Of a stretch of 64,000 nucleotides of DNA, positions 1-12,195 are shown piece after piece. The first letter of the stretch is position 1. Each line of letters begins with the position of its first letter. The notes beneath the pieces are model-generated. The model was not told the origin of the DNA, searched no databases, and saw only the letters and a list, made by a program, of their open reading frames with translations. Made by a program: the position numbers and the translations under genes. This DNA comes from Epiperipatus broadwayi (Eukaryota > Animalia > Onychophora), in the NCBI GenBank assembly GCA_028023455.1, contig JAQFVV010000003.1, forward strand, positions 3,038,001-3,102,000. The letters are read 5' to 3'.

Positions 1-799
1 TCAAATCCAATTAAATCCATCTCACTGCATTCCAATTCTTTTTCCTCATCCATTCACTAAGCAAATATTCTCCAACAACAGATGTGATGTTAAGATATTT
101 GAGCAACACCCTCTGTGAACATATATAAATTCTGAACTTCAAACAGCTAAATCCAATATATATACAAGTAATGACAATTGTGAATATATATATATATATA
201 TGCAATGTTCAAAATTACCATTTCATAATAACTATTGTTATGACAATTGATATACTCTCTAACTTCAGCATTTGACAATATGTTATACATACTGTAATCT
301 TTAAATATATGTAAAATTACTAAATATCACAAAGAGGAAGGAAAAAAATTATTAATATAATTCAATTTATGCTCTTTATGTATCGATTAATACCTTAGTA
401 GATGATTTTCAAATAAATCATATGCAGAAACTACAAAGTTTTTAATAAAATATAGTTCTAATATTAACATTTTCGATACCCAAAATTGTTCTCCACATGT
501 TATTGTTGGCTATCTTATACCTATGAGTAATTTTCTTACTTTATATACAATTATTATGATTCTGATTGAAGCAGTTACACATAAAGATCAAATAAATGTT
601 GATTGAGAAACTCCATATGATTCAGCTGTTATTAGTATTGCAAAAATTATACTTTGGACACAAGCTAAACTGTCTAACTTTTTTTTCTTTAAATTCAATT
701 AAATTAAATATTTAATCATTTTACTCTTACCTCAATTTTCCAAACAAAACAATGTGACATTATTATTATTTTTTAATGCAATATGCGAAAGATGCCGAT

Positions 800-905
800 C
801 CTTTTTTCTCTCTCTTATGTGACATAGCATCAGCCAGGAAGCGAACCCGCTAACCCAGGACAACTGCTTGTAAAACAGCTGTCGCTGACCTCTCGACCAC
901 CAATG
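800..905 (-). mobile_element. tRNA-derived (Gly-like) SINE-like copy
   Basis: Reverse strand reads cattggtggtcgagagg (A box) ... gggttcgcttcc (B box) ... ggctgatgc, then a purine/A-rich tail. A near-identical copy lies at ~43040-43146. Confidence 0.7.
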
Positions 906-1315
906 TGTGACTAAGATGCAGATACTTCTTTAAAAAAACACACACATACAATTAATTTATGCAACCTTTTACATTGTGGACATGTCACATTTCATATGAA
1001 ATAAAAGTATGAAACTGATTGTTCTTGTTAAAAAGTGATAGAACAGGGCCAAAAGTCACACTGTAGAATATATTCTTAAAGTAAATATATTACCTATCCA
1101 ATTTCTTGATACTAAGCAATAACAAGGAACAACTAATGATTGTCAAATGATTATAACTTGGTGTACAATCCATATATATATATACTCATTTGTATACAAT
1201 AGATGATTTGATTAAATGTATAATTCAGTTTAATGCATTTTTGTATACATATATCAAATATGTCTGTAGACATTGCAATTAGTAAATAAGGGAAATGTAA
1301 ATATATAAGCAATTT

Positions 1316-1571
1316 GTGATAAATATGTTGAACTATTTCAGTCATCTATCAGTAAATGTCGAATGTATAGAAAATTTTAAATTTTATTTAAACTTTTCAA
1401 ATACAAAAAACTTGTTAGTAATAATACAAAAAATTAGACTAACAAGTTGTTTGTATTTGAAAAGTTTAAATAAAGTTTAAAATTTTCTATGCATTCAACA
1501 TTTACTGCTAAATGATGGAAATAGTCCAACATATCACGTCTAATGTACCATCATCACATACCTTCAGGCAA
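1316..1571. mobile_element. Short fold-back insertion of family D (3' tail only)
   Basis: Inverted arms of ~105 bp. TSD atataagcaattt at 1303-1315 and 1572-1584. Shares ttggactatttccatcat and accatcatcacawaccttcagg with the element at 27323-27938. Confidence 0.75.
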
Positions 1572-2269
1572 ATATAAGCAATTTAGAAAGGTAATAGCAT
1601 CCAAGCATAGCTCAGATTAAAGCATATCTAATAAAAATAAATTTTTACAAGTCTTCATTCGTAAAGCTATGAGTATGAAATTAGAATACTAAATCTCGAA
1701 AGCGTTAAGCAGGCATATTAAATATTATAATATAATTACAGCTTCACTAACGCATGCGAAAAAATCGCATATGTATAATTACAATTTTTATTGGTGAAGA
1801 GAAAAACAATTTATTACAAAAATAAATTTATAATTTCTCAAAAATAATTGCAAGATGCTAATTAAAAGTCCAGAATATTTCACCAATTCAAATTCCAGGA
1901 AAATAATAGGGACCAAGGAGATTATATAAAAATCAAAGTAATGGTATCTTGTGTTATTTGCTAAAGTGAAATAGTATTGATAGATACACAAATTCTTGCC
2001 TTTGAAAAGCCAATTACACAACTAATACAAGTCATTTTAATTTTATCATAATTTCTTGTAAGTTTTGGAGCTATTTAACTGCAATTAGGCATAAGCTATA
2101 ATCTGTACTAGTCAGTACTATATATGCTTAAATAAAATAGTCTGTAGTAATTTAATATATTGTTAGGTATTCTACTCATCTCAAGCAAATGAATGTGGAA
2201 GGTTCAATTGTTACTATTGTTAAACTATGTGTGTTCTGATTTGTACTATTGTATTTGTAATCCATTAAA

Positions 2270-2300
<31 letters not shown>

Positions 2301-2309
2301 GTATTCACT

Positions 2310-2680
2310 CAGTAATAGTGACCGTGTTTTCAAACTTAATTAATTGTGGTCGAGCCCTTGACCTCCCGCCAGAAATAGAATTTTTGGCAAACTCTCGTCT
2401 GTACGTAGTCATAAAAGCTCTTTTTCAGCAGATCACTTAATGCACGATTAAATGTGTGTACGTTAAGAAGGCTACCGTCTTATCTCAATCGCTTCCCTCT
2501 TTTTCCATTATTATTATCCAAATTGCATTTAGCTGCATAAAAACTAAACATTTAAAAACCATCGTCTCGATCTCATAAAATTAATGCTTTTTTATTATTA
2601 CTATTACAGCTTTATAGCATCGATAATTTTTTTTTTATGTGTTTATAAAACACTTTAAAAATAATCAAACGTACTAATTT
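2310..2680. promoter_or_regulatory. CpG-retaining island, candidate promoter
   Basis: About 12 CpGs in ~350 bp against a CpG-poor background. Contains tcccgcc (E2F/Sp-like) and catcgata (DRE-like), next to a (CT)n tract. Confidence 0.35.
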
Positions 2681-3077
2681 TTAACATTTTCTTCAAATAT
2701 TTTCCATATAAATGTTTACTTTAAATGTATTTTAACTTGTAACTTTTCGATTTAATTTAAATACCAACATTTTCTTCCTTTGTTTCGATTAACTTCCACT
2801 TGGTTTATGTTTTCCAGATGAATTTCCCCACAACTGTTAAGTTTATTTATTTTAAATTTCTTCTAAATTCAATTGATCTTTTATTTCATCAGCAATGTTT
2901 ACTAGCAGAAATTCTGCAGTGATTTGTAAATGACAGTTTAACCTTATACTGAAAGGTAGTTCCCTCTAATGCATTTTTATTGAAATTATTTTTAAAATTC
3001 CAAAAAAATACACATATTCAAACAGAATAACAAATCAAATATTACTTTTGCGTACTTATTTTTGAATGTTTCTAGAG

Positions 3078-4034
3078 TAGCGGTCGGCAACCTTTTAGAT
3101 ATTGTGAACCACTAATATAACTTTTAAAGATAAGAATTAATACGAGAATTGAGTATGATATACAAAGAATTACGTTTAATTTTGTTTTTTTATTAATATA
3201 TAATGTTCATTTTATTTTATAAAAATAAATGAACAGTATTCTATTCTTTAATAATTTTTATAGATGTGTTTTCCTTTAAAATTCTTAATAAAATTTTTGA
3301 GTTTTAGTTCACCCAACAAGGGTGCGCCGTAGTCAAATGGAAAAATGTGGGTGATTCAATCTGCAAGTTGTGTAAGAAAGGCATGTAAAACATTAGGCAT
3401 CTGTTAATTATGTAAATGCCTCAAAACTGAAAGAGTACAAATTATAAGTTGCGAAAGAATAAATATAAACAAAAGGATTATACAGAAAGTGGGTTATTGG
3501 TTTTTATGCTGGGTTTGGGAAAAGATAAGGAAGATTTAGATATAAAAGCCATGGAATTTACAAAGGTTATGTTGTGGAAATGGGATGGTGCAGAATAGAA
3601 AATATGAGAAAACTTAGGGCAGGGAATGAAAAGGGGTGTTAAAATGGCTAACAGGTTTCTCTAGGCATAGTTGCTGAGAGACTTCTGACACTGTTCAAGG
3701 AGAAGTCACAGTGCATCACAAAACATCACATCACATCAATTGTACAAAATTCAGTATTCTTATTCTGTTATTTTTTTTTATGTGACTGATAGAGTAGGGG
3801 TTAATTAAATGCCTTTAAGGTAGATTTTTGCAAGTCACAGTAATATTTTGAAACAAATCGATTAGCAATATAATTTCTTGTTCTATTTTACATATAATAA
3901 TACAGCTTAAACAAATTATTTAAAAATTTTATTAAATGAGATTAGTAAATTTAAATATCTAAATTTCTTTGCAGACCACTAAAATTACATTATGGACTAC
4001 CAGTGGTCTATGGACCATCGATTACCAACTGCTG
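3078..4034. mobile_element. Non-autonomous hAT (Buster/Charlie-type) element
   Basis: TIRs tagcggtcggcaacc and gattaccaactgctg (CpG-decayed partner). Perfect 8-bp TSD ttctagag at 3070-3077 and 4035-4042. Confidence 0.85.
3310..3740 (+). mobile_element. LINE 3' end fragment nested in the hAT element
   Basis: Decayed C-x2-C...H-type C-terminus and a (catca)n tail. Homologous to 39672-39990 and, on the reverse strand, to 48635-49000. Confidence 0.7.
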
Positions 4035-4229
4035 TTCTAGAGCACAAATCTGGAATGTAACTCAGCAAACTTTCAGAAGTTTGTAATATAGAGTAATTCA
4101 TGATACTTACAAAAAAAAAAAGAGTTCCTAAACAATTCATTGCTGGCCACAAGCCTCTTCCACAGCACTTTGTGTAAGAATAGTGTGTGGGGGGGGGGGA
4201 GACAATATTAATCAATTCTAAAGGCAATA

Positions 4230-4960
4230 TTCATCAATTCTTGTTGACTGCCAGTGATGATGGTTTGAATGATAAGTCATCCTCATTTTACTTTTCAATT
4301 AATAATAACTATATACATATTTATTGATTATTTGATATTTAGCTAAAGTCACTTACTAACAAATTGTTCACCTGGATTTGAACTCACATTACAGGCATAA
4401 ATGGAAAATCATTATCATTGTATCACAAAGTCTTTCCTGGATATCCAAACCAAGATAATCTGAATTGATCATATGAATGTCATATTAATCAGTCCATTGA
4501 CTATGACAAAATAAAATTGATTGAAATATATTGTGCTATCATAATGAAAACTATGTATTACCATTATCTTTTCTCAAGCCTTGAACTGGATGCTTTATCA
4601 TTTATGATAATTTGTCATTTGAAATCAAATAAACCAGTAATAGAGAAAATAAGCAAACATCGTCAAAATAAATAGTGCTTTATCATTTTATAGTGTTGAT
4701 CTACATATTGATATTAACTACAATTTATGATAGAATTCTAAATTAGGCAAATGGAAGCACTGCTATCAAGAATTATTATAATGCTGCCTTAAAACAAATC
4801 TATAATCAACAAATCAATACTTATTGTATTAACAATACTTTCACCATGTGATTAGCTTAGATTGAAAGAACTGTAGATCTGGATGCTGATATTGGCAAGT
4901 TTTTGAAATTCTCCATTTGATTTAATGTTTAAATATTGTGATTAAACATTATTATAATGG
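4230..4960 (-). pseudogene. Possible highly decayed hAT transposase fragment
   Basis: Interrupted minus-strand frames (e.g. FKNLPISASRSTVLSI) loosely resemble a hAT core; many stops. Confidence 0.25.
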
Positions 4961-5227
4961 GACTCCATAATAATAATGAGAAATGTGAGTTCGTTTTTTT
5001 CCTCATAGAGCCAATATAAATACTATTGCTAACCTTTCATCCAGGAGCCTTTGTAGACCTGAATCTGTCATTGGTCAAAAAAGCAAAACAATTGCTTGTG
5101 TATAATATAAAAAAATCTTATGGTGTAACATTAGCATATCTGTTCTGCTATGCTTATAATCTGGAATTTGAGTACAGACTGAGTAAATAATTATTTTTTT
5201 TAACAGCCAGAAACATATATATAAAAA

Positions 5228-5890
5228 ACATTCAACATTTAGATAATCCCAATATCAATAACAATCAACCACTTCAAGCTGTTGTCACGTCAACCTCCTA
5301 TTAACAATAAAGGCGGAATCCCACCTTCATTAATGATCTAATATACTTATAATAAAGATTGCAACTAGACCACAGAGATTAAAATTATTGATACAAAGAA
5401 ATTTAAATAAACTTCTTTAAACAGGTAAATATAACATATTTTGAATGTAGACTAATAAATAGTTAATTATAACATGACAAACTGCAATTATACATTTCAA
5501 ATTGTCTCCAAAGTATTACTTAAATAATAGGTGCAATAATGCTCAAAGCTAAATGGATTTGTAAGTACTGTAATCATTAAAAAAAAGTCAACACTTAGAC
5601 AATCCCAATATCAATAGCAATCAGCAATTTCGAACTGTTGTCAAGTCAACCATCTTTTAACAATAAAGGTGAAATCCCACCTTTATTAATGGCCTCATAT
5701 ACTTAAATAAGCAACTTGATCACAGAAATTGAAATTAATGATACAAAGAATTTTAAATAAACCCCTTTAAACAAATAAATATAACCTATTCTGAATGTAG
5801 ACTAATAAATAGTCAGCTATAACATATAAAACTTGCAATTATAAATTTCAAATTGTACCAAAGTATTACTTAAATAATAAGTGTAATAGT
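5228..5890. repeat. Diverged tandem dimer, period ~356 bp
   Basis: aacayttagayaatcccaatatcaata at 5234 and 5590, with collinear similarity over ~300 bp. Confidence 0.85.
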
Positions 5891-6000
5891 CCTTAATAAT
5901 AGTCAAACATAAATTTGTCCATAATGTTGTTTTCAATAATTAATAATAGTTCAACACAATTGAAATAAAACAACTATATAAAAATAATAAATATTTCCTT

Positions 6001-6043
6001 TATTGAACCGGTTTTCGCCCTATATTAGGGCCTTTTCAAAATA
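6001..6043 (-). ncRNA. Type I minimal HHR (U3-A8 variant) in the inverted pLTR of PLE1
   Basis: tatt-TTGAAAA-g-gccct-aatat-agggc-GAAA-accggt-TC-aata: stem I tatt/aata, stem II gccct/agggc, palindromic stem III. Confidence 0.8.
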
Positions 6044-6809
6044 CACTTCTAATATAATCACATGACCTTTATATCTATCAATACTCCCTCTAACTTTCAT
6101 TTTATATAATCATTTTACATAATCACACAACCTATTTACATATATATATATACTTCCCCCTCCCCTCAATTTTTTTATTTTATATACATATTATTTTTAT
6201 ACAATAGATAAAATTACATTAAATACAATTCAATAATTATATACATATATTATACACCATAAAATTATATACACATACTTTATACACTAAATTATATATC
6301 ATTTCTCATATATTTTTGCTAACCATATCTTCAAATATAACCTTATTTATCTATAATTAACAATTATTTACATTAACTAATTATTTACATATATCATATA
6401 TATTAATTTAAAAAACAAATCAACCATATATTAAATTTTCCAGTTATCCTTCAATGCCCATTTACTACTCAGCTTTGCAGGTCCTTTAACTAAATTAACA
6501 CATTTGTTCATATTCTCTTGAATATATACAATCTCATAATATTTCCTTCTATTATAATCTTTAACATATTTTATAATCTTCATGTCCTCGATACATCTCA
6601 TTCTATGACCAGTATTCAAATAATGAACATATGGTCCTGAATTCATGTCCTTCCTTTCAATAGCCCTATTATTCTTAAGAATTTATGTACAATAATATAT
6701 ATAAAAAAATAGTAGATGTAATTGGATATGGTACCTTATAGTATTAAAAATTCAGAAGAAATTGTTATGGAATTAAATAATATTAAATTAAATAGGAATA
6801 GTTTGATTG

Positions 6810-7472
6810 CTTCATTAGATGTAGAAAAAATGTATCAGTGTTCCAAGAGATGAAAGTATATTGGAAAAAAGTGGAAGAATATGTAAAGAATGGATATACA
6901 CTATTAAGGAAGCATTGATGATAATAAGTGATAGTTTGTATTTTAAATATAAGGATAGGTTTTGGAATATAAAAAAAGGATGGGTTATGGGTTGTTCAAT
7001 AAGTGGGTTATTATCATCGATGTTTATAAATAATTTGGAAGAAAAAGTAGTAGGAAAATATATAAAAAATAAAGAAATAATTAAATATTATAGATATGTG
7101 GATGATATAATTGTTGTTGGAAATAGTAGGAGTATATTGAAAATATTTAATGAATTGAATGATAATATATATAAAATTAAGTTTACAATGGAGAAGGAAG
7201 AAAAAGGCTTAAAATATTTGGATATTTATTTGAATAGAAATAAGGAAAATGAAATAGAGGTGAAACAGTATATTAAAGATGTTGAAATTAGAGGAATAAT
7301 TGATCCTAGTTCATACCAACCTTGGTCACAAAAAATGTCAGTTTTAAAGGGGTTTAAAATAAAAAACGATAGACTTATAATAAATAAAAAAGAATCTATA
7401 GAACAAAAAATGAATATAGAAAAGGATTATGTAAAGATGGGGTATAATAAAAAGATATTAGAAAAGTTTTGA
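6810..7472 (+). pseudogene. PLE reverse transcriptase (frameshifted)
   Basis: SLDVEKMY motif (frameshifted ~6835), GWVMGCSISGLLSSMFINNLEE and RYVDD motifs. Confidence 0.9.
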
Positions 7473-8032
7473 ACAGTAAGAGTAAAGATGAAGTAAAATA
7501 TGGGGGAAGAAAGAAAGAAAATAAAAATAAAGATGGAAGGTTCAATAATAAATGGATATCAATACCTTATTATAAAGATGTATACAAGATTTTAAGAAAA
7601 GGGAGGTTGAATGAGAATATAAGAATTGCTTGGAAGAATAGTAAATCATTGGAAAAATGGATATCAAATGTGAAGAGAGAGAATGATAAAGAAAGTAAAA
7701 TAGGATTAGTATATAAAATAATTTGTAGGAGTTGCAGTAAAATATACATAGGGCAAACAGGGAAAACAGCAATAGAAAGAGGAAAAGAGCATAATAGGGC
7801 TATTGAAAGGAAGGACATGAATTCAGGACCATATGTTCATTATTTGAATACTGGTCATAGAATGAGATGTATTGAGGACATGAAGGTTATAAAATATGTT
7901 AAAGATTATAATAGAAGGAAATATTATGAGACTGTATATATTCAAGAGAATATGAATAAATGTGTTAATTTAGTTAAAGGACCTGCAAAGCTGAGTAGTA
8001 AATGGGCATTGAAGGATAACTGGAAAATTTAA
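7469..8032 (+). pseudogene. PLE thumb plus GIY-YIG endonuclease (out of frame with the RT)
   Basis: GLVYKIICRSCSKIYIGQTGKTAIERGKEH. The frame differs from the RT ORF, so the single PLE ORF is broken. Confidence 0.9.
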
Positions 8033-8416
8033 TATATGGTTGATTTGTTTTTTAAATTAATATATATGATATATGTAAATAATTAGTTAATGTAAATAAT
8101 TGTTAATTATAGATAAATAAGTTATATTTGAAGATATGGTTAGTAAAAATATATGAGAAATGATATATAATTTAGTGTATAAAGTATGTGTATATAATTT
8201 TATGGTGTATAATATATGTATATAATTATTGAATTGTATTTAATGTAATTTTATCTATTGTATAAAAATAATATGTATATAAAATAAAAAAATTGAGGGG
8301 AGGGGGAAGTATATATATATGTAAATGGGTTGTGTGATTATGTAAAATGATTATATAAAATGAAAGTTAGAGGGAGTATTGATAGATATAAAGGTCATGT
8401 GATTATATTAGAAGTG

Positions 8417-8459
8417 TATTTTGAAAAGGCCCTAATATAGGTAGAAAACCGGTTCAATA
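8417..8459 (+). ncRNA. HHR copy in the 3' pLTR of PLE1 (stem II mutated)
   Basis: Same motif, but agggc is changed to aggta. Confidence 0.7.
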
Positions 8460-8694
8460 AAGGAAATATTTATTATTTTTATATAGTTGTTTTATTTCAA
8501 TTGTGTTGAACTATTATTAAGTGTAATAGTGAATGATAATTTGCTAACTATTAAAAATATATAATTGGATTATAATATGGCCATCATTATTGAAAACAGA
8601 GATGTCCATTTCTATGGTTTACCATTGAATATATTTAAGTGTATGAATGTGTGACTGGCATTTCTTCACAAAAGCATTTAAAGGGCTAAATAAT

Positions 8695-9725
8695 TATATA
8701 TATATATATAAGAAAAAACAAAAATTAATGGCAAATATAATATTATAGTCTAAATTATTTTGTAGCACTTTCGATTACGTGGTAATCCTCATCAGCTTTA
8801 ACTGAATTTCAAATTTTTTAAACATAATGTTACGTATATTTCCATAAGCTGTGTATGACCGTATTTGCAGCTTGCCTATAATTACATCATTATTATATTT
8901 ATTAATTAATATTGCCTCTTTAATTTTCCTCTTTTTATGATTTCTTTCTTCCATTAATATTTTTATTTCATTACTATTAAATGTAAACTTATAATTGCAA
9001 GTCTTTTCAAAAGTTGGTTATGATAAAAACCAAATCTTGCATACAGCAAATTCATTTAATAAGAAGAAAAATGTTTGCAGTGTTACTTTAGATAATAAAA
9101 AATGGATATCTATGCCATTTATAAATAACTTGCAATCTAAATTAATTAAGAATATATTTAAAGAAAAATATAATATTTCATTTTGTGTTACTCCAAATGC
9201 TAATCGATTAATTAATAATTCTAAGAGTATAATTCCTAAATTGCAAAGAAGTAATATAATTTATCAGATTTCATGTGGATGTCAGAAATTTTATATCGGT
9301 GAATCGACATGTTCTGTGGAAAAAAGATTGAAGGAGCATCAATTATTATATAATCGAATTAAAAATAACGTAAATAGTCAATTTAATACAGCTTCAGTAT
9401 TCTTTGACCATGAAAAGACTTGCAATTATAAGCTTATATTTAATAGTAATGAAATAAAAATATTAATGGAAGAAAGAAATCATAAAAAGAGGAAAATTAA
9501 AGAGGCAATATTAATTGATAAATATAAGAATGATGTAATTAATAGGAAACTGCAAATACGGTCATACACAGCTTATGGAAATATACGTAACATTATGCTT
9601 AAAAAATTTGAAATTCAGTTAAAGCTGATGAGGATTACCATGTAATCGAAAGCGCTACAAAATAATTTAGACTATAATATTATATTTACCGTTAATTTTT
9701 GTTTTTTCTTATATATATATTTTAT
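8695..9725 (+). mobile_element. Penelope-like element 2 fragment with inverted pLTR
   Basis: ORF 8995-9645 contains YQISCGCQKFYIGESTCSVEKRLKEH (GIY-YIG). ~8695-9010 is the reverse complement of ~9411-9725. Confidence 0.9.
9625..9657 (+). ncRNA. HHR motif of PLE2 (inverted copy at 8763-8795)
   Basis: CTGATGA-g-gattac-cat-gtaatc-GAAA-gcgc-TA. Stem II is perfect and stem III is palindromic (agcgct), but stem I pairing is poor. Confidence 0.7.
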
Positions 9726-10189
9726 AACGGGTATTGTATTTTATATTTATAAAGTACTTCTATTAAATTATGGTACATATTTGTTTTTAAAATATTTTTA
9801 CTGTATTAATTATTGTATTGTTTTGAATAATTATATATATAAGGAAATACTGGATTTTGATAAAATTATATGGAAACAATTATCAATGATAATAAAATGA
9901 TAAAAAAAAAAAAAGACTTCTCCTTAGACACATAAAAATTGCCAAACGTTATACATCACAAATATTATTTCCATTTTTCTATTACCCTGTTTTATTCAAC
10001 AATTACTAAATCATTCTTTCTTTACCGACACATTTCTCTTATCTCATTTTAGTAAAAGTAATTTGTAAATTCCAATATTCTTCATTTTCTCTACTGTTGC
10101 AAAAAAAAAAAAATCACAAAATCTCTATTATTTCATTTCCTTCACCAGCAAGTCATATATTTCTGTGAATTCTGATAAATAAAATTAAT

Positions 10190-10311
10190 CTCTCCCTCTC
10201 TCTCCTCCTCCTCTCTCTCCCTCTTCTTCTCTCTCTCTCTCTCCCTCTCTTTCTTTCTCTCTCTCCCTTTTTTTCTCCCTCTCTCTCTCCCTCTCTCTTC
10301 CTCTCTCTCTC
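10190..10311. repeat. Compound (CT)n/pyrimidine microsatellite
   Basis: Direct reading of the sequence. Confidence 0.95.
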
Positions 10312-10383
10312 TGTTACATATTAATAACAAACACTCTACTTCTGACTAATAAGTTATAAAGCAAGGCCTCCTGCTTTTCTTTA

Positions 10384-10869
10384 TCAAAAGTTTTTCACCA
10401 ATAAAGTTCGATACTCCTCATAAGTGAATGGGGTTTGATACAAGGATTTCCACCACATCAGCAAGTCACCCTGTAAGTGACTATAAGCAATTATCACTTT
10501 TTCAGCTTCAGTCAAATTCTGATTCACTGAGAAGTATAACTCAAGACTTTTTAAATGTTCTATCGGGGCTTCATTAGCTAATCCTTTAAAAACTTTGAGT
10601 TTCACAAATTGATTGATCACGCTAACTTGCATCAAGTGGCCACGTGATTTATTTGGTTCAGCAGGCTTCACATGAGGTGTTAACTGTTGCCTATCCAAGT
10701 TACACATCTGTAATTCAAATCTTTTATGCATTTTTGCCTTTTCCTGATATGTAAACTCCCTTTCTTTGCACCAAATAACAATAAACTCTCTTTGGCTTAT
10801 CATAATCCTTTCATATTTCATATAATTTTTATTCTTATAAAATTCCAAATTTAAAAATTCATATTCCAT
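10384..10869 (-). pseudogene. Ty3/Gypsy gag-like fragment
   Basis: KVFKG..NEAPIEHLKSLELYF...LTEAEKVIIAYSHLQGDLLMWWK...TYEEY pattern typical of retrotransposon gag. Confidence 0.75.
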
Positions 10870-11021
10870 TTTCCATAACTGTATTACTTTTTATCAAATT
10901 AATTTATTTACTCTATTTTCCCACCCTTCATAATTATGTATCTATAATAAATTCTCTATTCATTTATTCCATTTCTTAAATAAATATATAGAAAAAAATT
11001 GTCTATTTGCTAATTTCTCTT

Positions 11022-12195
11022 TGAACACAAACATTCAAGCTCCCTTCAACTATCCATTCTATTTCATTCAACTGATACACATAATCACACATGTGAAAAT
11101 AAGAAATAATCTCCAATATACATATTTTGTGTTGAACCAGCACTCATCAATTTGTCCAGATCATCATCACCTACATGTAAATATATAATCAGTTCTCAGT
11201 TTATATTAAGATAGCAAATCTTCAAATTTTAATGGACAGGCTTCAATCTACACCATTGTCCAACACTGTAGCCATTCATATCATTGAAAATCTGATGATG
11301 GAATGCCTAAATCCCTTATTGATGCCAATATTATTGTCATGACTATTTTGACTTTAAGTCACTCTAATCTCTCATGTATAGAACCTTGTCTATTTAAATA
11401 CACAGAAGAGAGATATTTTATATACCTGGAGTTTATATTTTATATATCTGGAGTTTAGAGGTAATTATAGATTTGAATCCAGACTTTCAAGCTCTCTTCA
11501 GCCAACCATTTTCAAGCTCCCTTCAACTATCCCCCCTATCTCATACAACTGATGCACATAACCAACCCAGATTTTCAAGCTCCCTTCAGATATCCTCTCT
11601 ATCTCATACAACCAATACACATGTGTAGTCATGTGTATCAGTTATATGAAATAGAGTGGATAGCTGAAGGGAACTTGAAAGTCTGTGTTTAAATACCCTA
11701 TAATTACATCTAAACTCCAGGTAGATAAAATATACTTGTATTTAAATATTACAGATTCAGCCTGTATTCTGTCCACCTCTCTTCTTTGTATTTAAATGGA
11801 TAAGGTCCTATACATGAGGGATCAGAGTGACTTAAAATCAACATGATCATGACAATAATTGAGCATTCCATCATCAGATTTTCAATGATATGGATGACTG
11901 AAGAGTTGGAGGCTGGAGTAGATTGAAACCAATCCGTTAAAGTTTGAAGATTTGCTATTTTAATATAAATCGAGCACTGATTAATATATATGTATGAGAG
12001 ATGATAATATAAACCAACTGATGAGTGCTGGTTCAGCATGAAATGCATATATTGGAGATCATTTATTATTTTCATGTATGTGGTCATGTGTATTGATTGT
12101 ATGAGAGAGAGTGAATTGATCAAGGAAGCTTAAAAGTCTGTGTTCAAATCTATAATTACATCTAAACTCCAAGTATATAAAGTATACTTACATTT
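11022..12195. mobile_element. Family C HHR-bearing non-coding element: fold-back of tandem ~455-bp units
   Basis: Minus arm ~11022-11640 and plus arm ~11625-12195. A segment recurs at 11681 and 12136. HHRs at 11113-11154 (-) and 12014-12055 (+). Confidence 0.85.
12014..12055 (+). ncRNA. Family C HHR
   Basis: ccaa-CTGATGA-gtgct-ggttc-agcat-GAAA-tgcata-TA-ttgg. Confidence 0.85.

Larger units (their letters stand above)
5891..8520 (+). mobile_element. Penelope-like element 1, 5'-truncated, with inverted pLTR
   Basis: RT and GIY-YIG remnants. 5941-6672 is the reverse complement of 7791-8519. Candidate TSD taagtgtaatagt at 5878-5890 and 8518-8530. Confidence 0.93.

Noticed and set aside
6431-6646. 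Separate minus-strand gene
   Set aside because: It is the inverted pLTR copy of the PLE1 ORF C-terminus.
7542-7818. Minus-strand ORFs overlapping the GIY-YIG region
   Set aside because: They are shadow ORFs of the purine-rich PLE coding strand.
10142-10330. Arg/Glu-rich ORF
   Set aside because: It is the antisense translation of a (CT)n tract.
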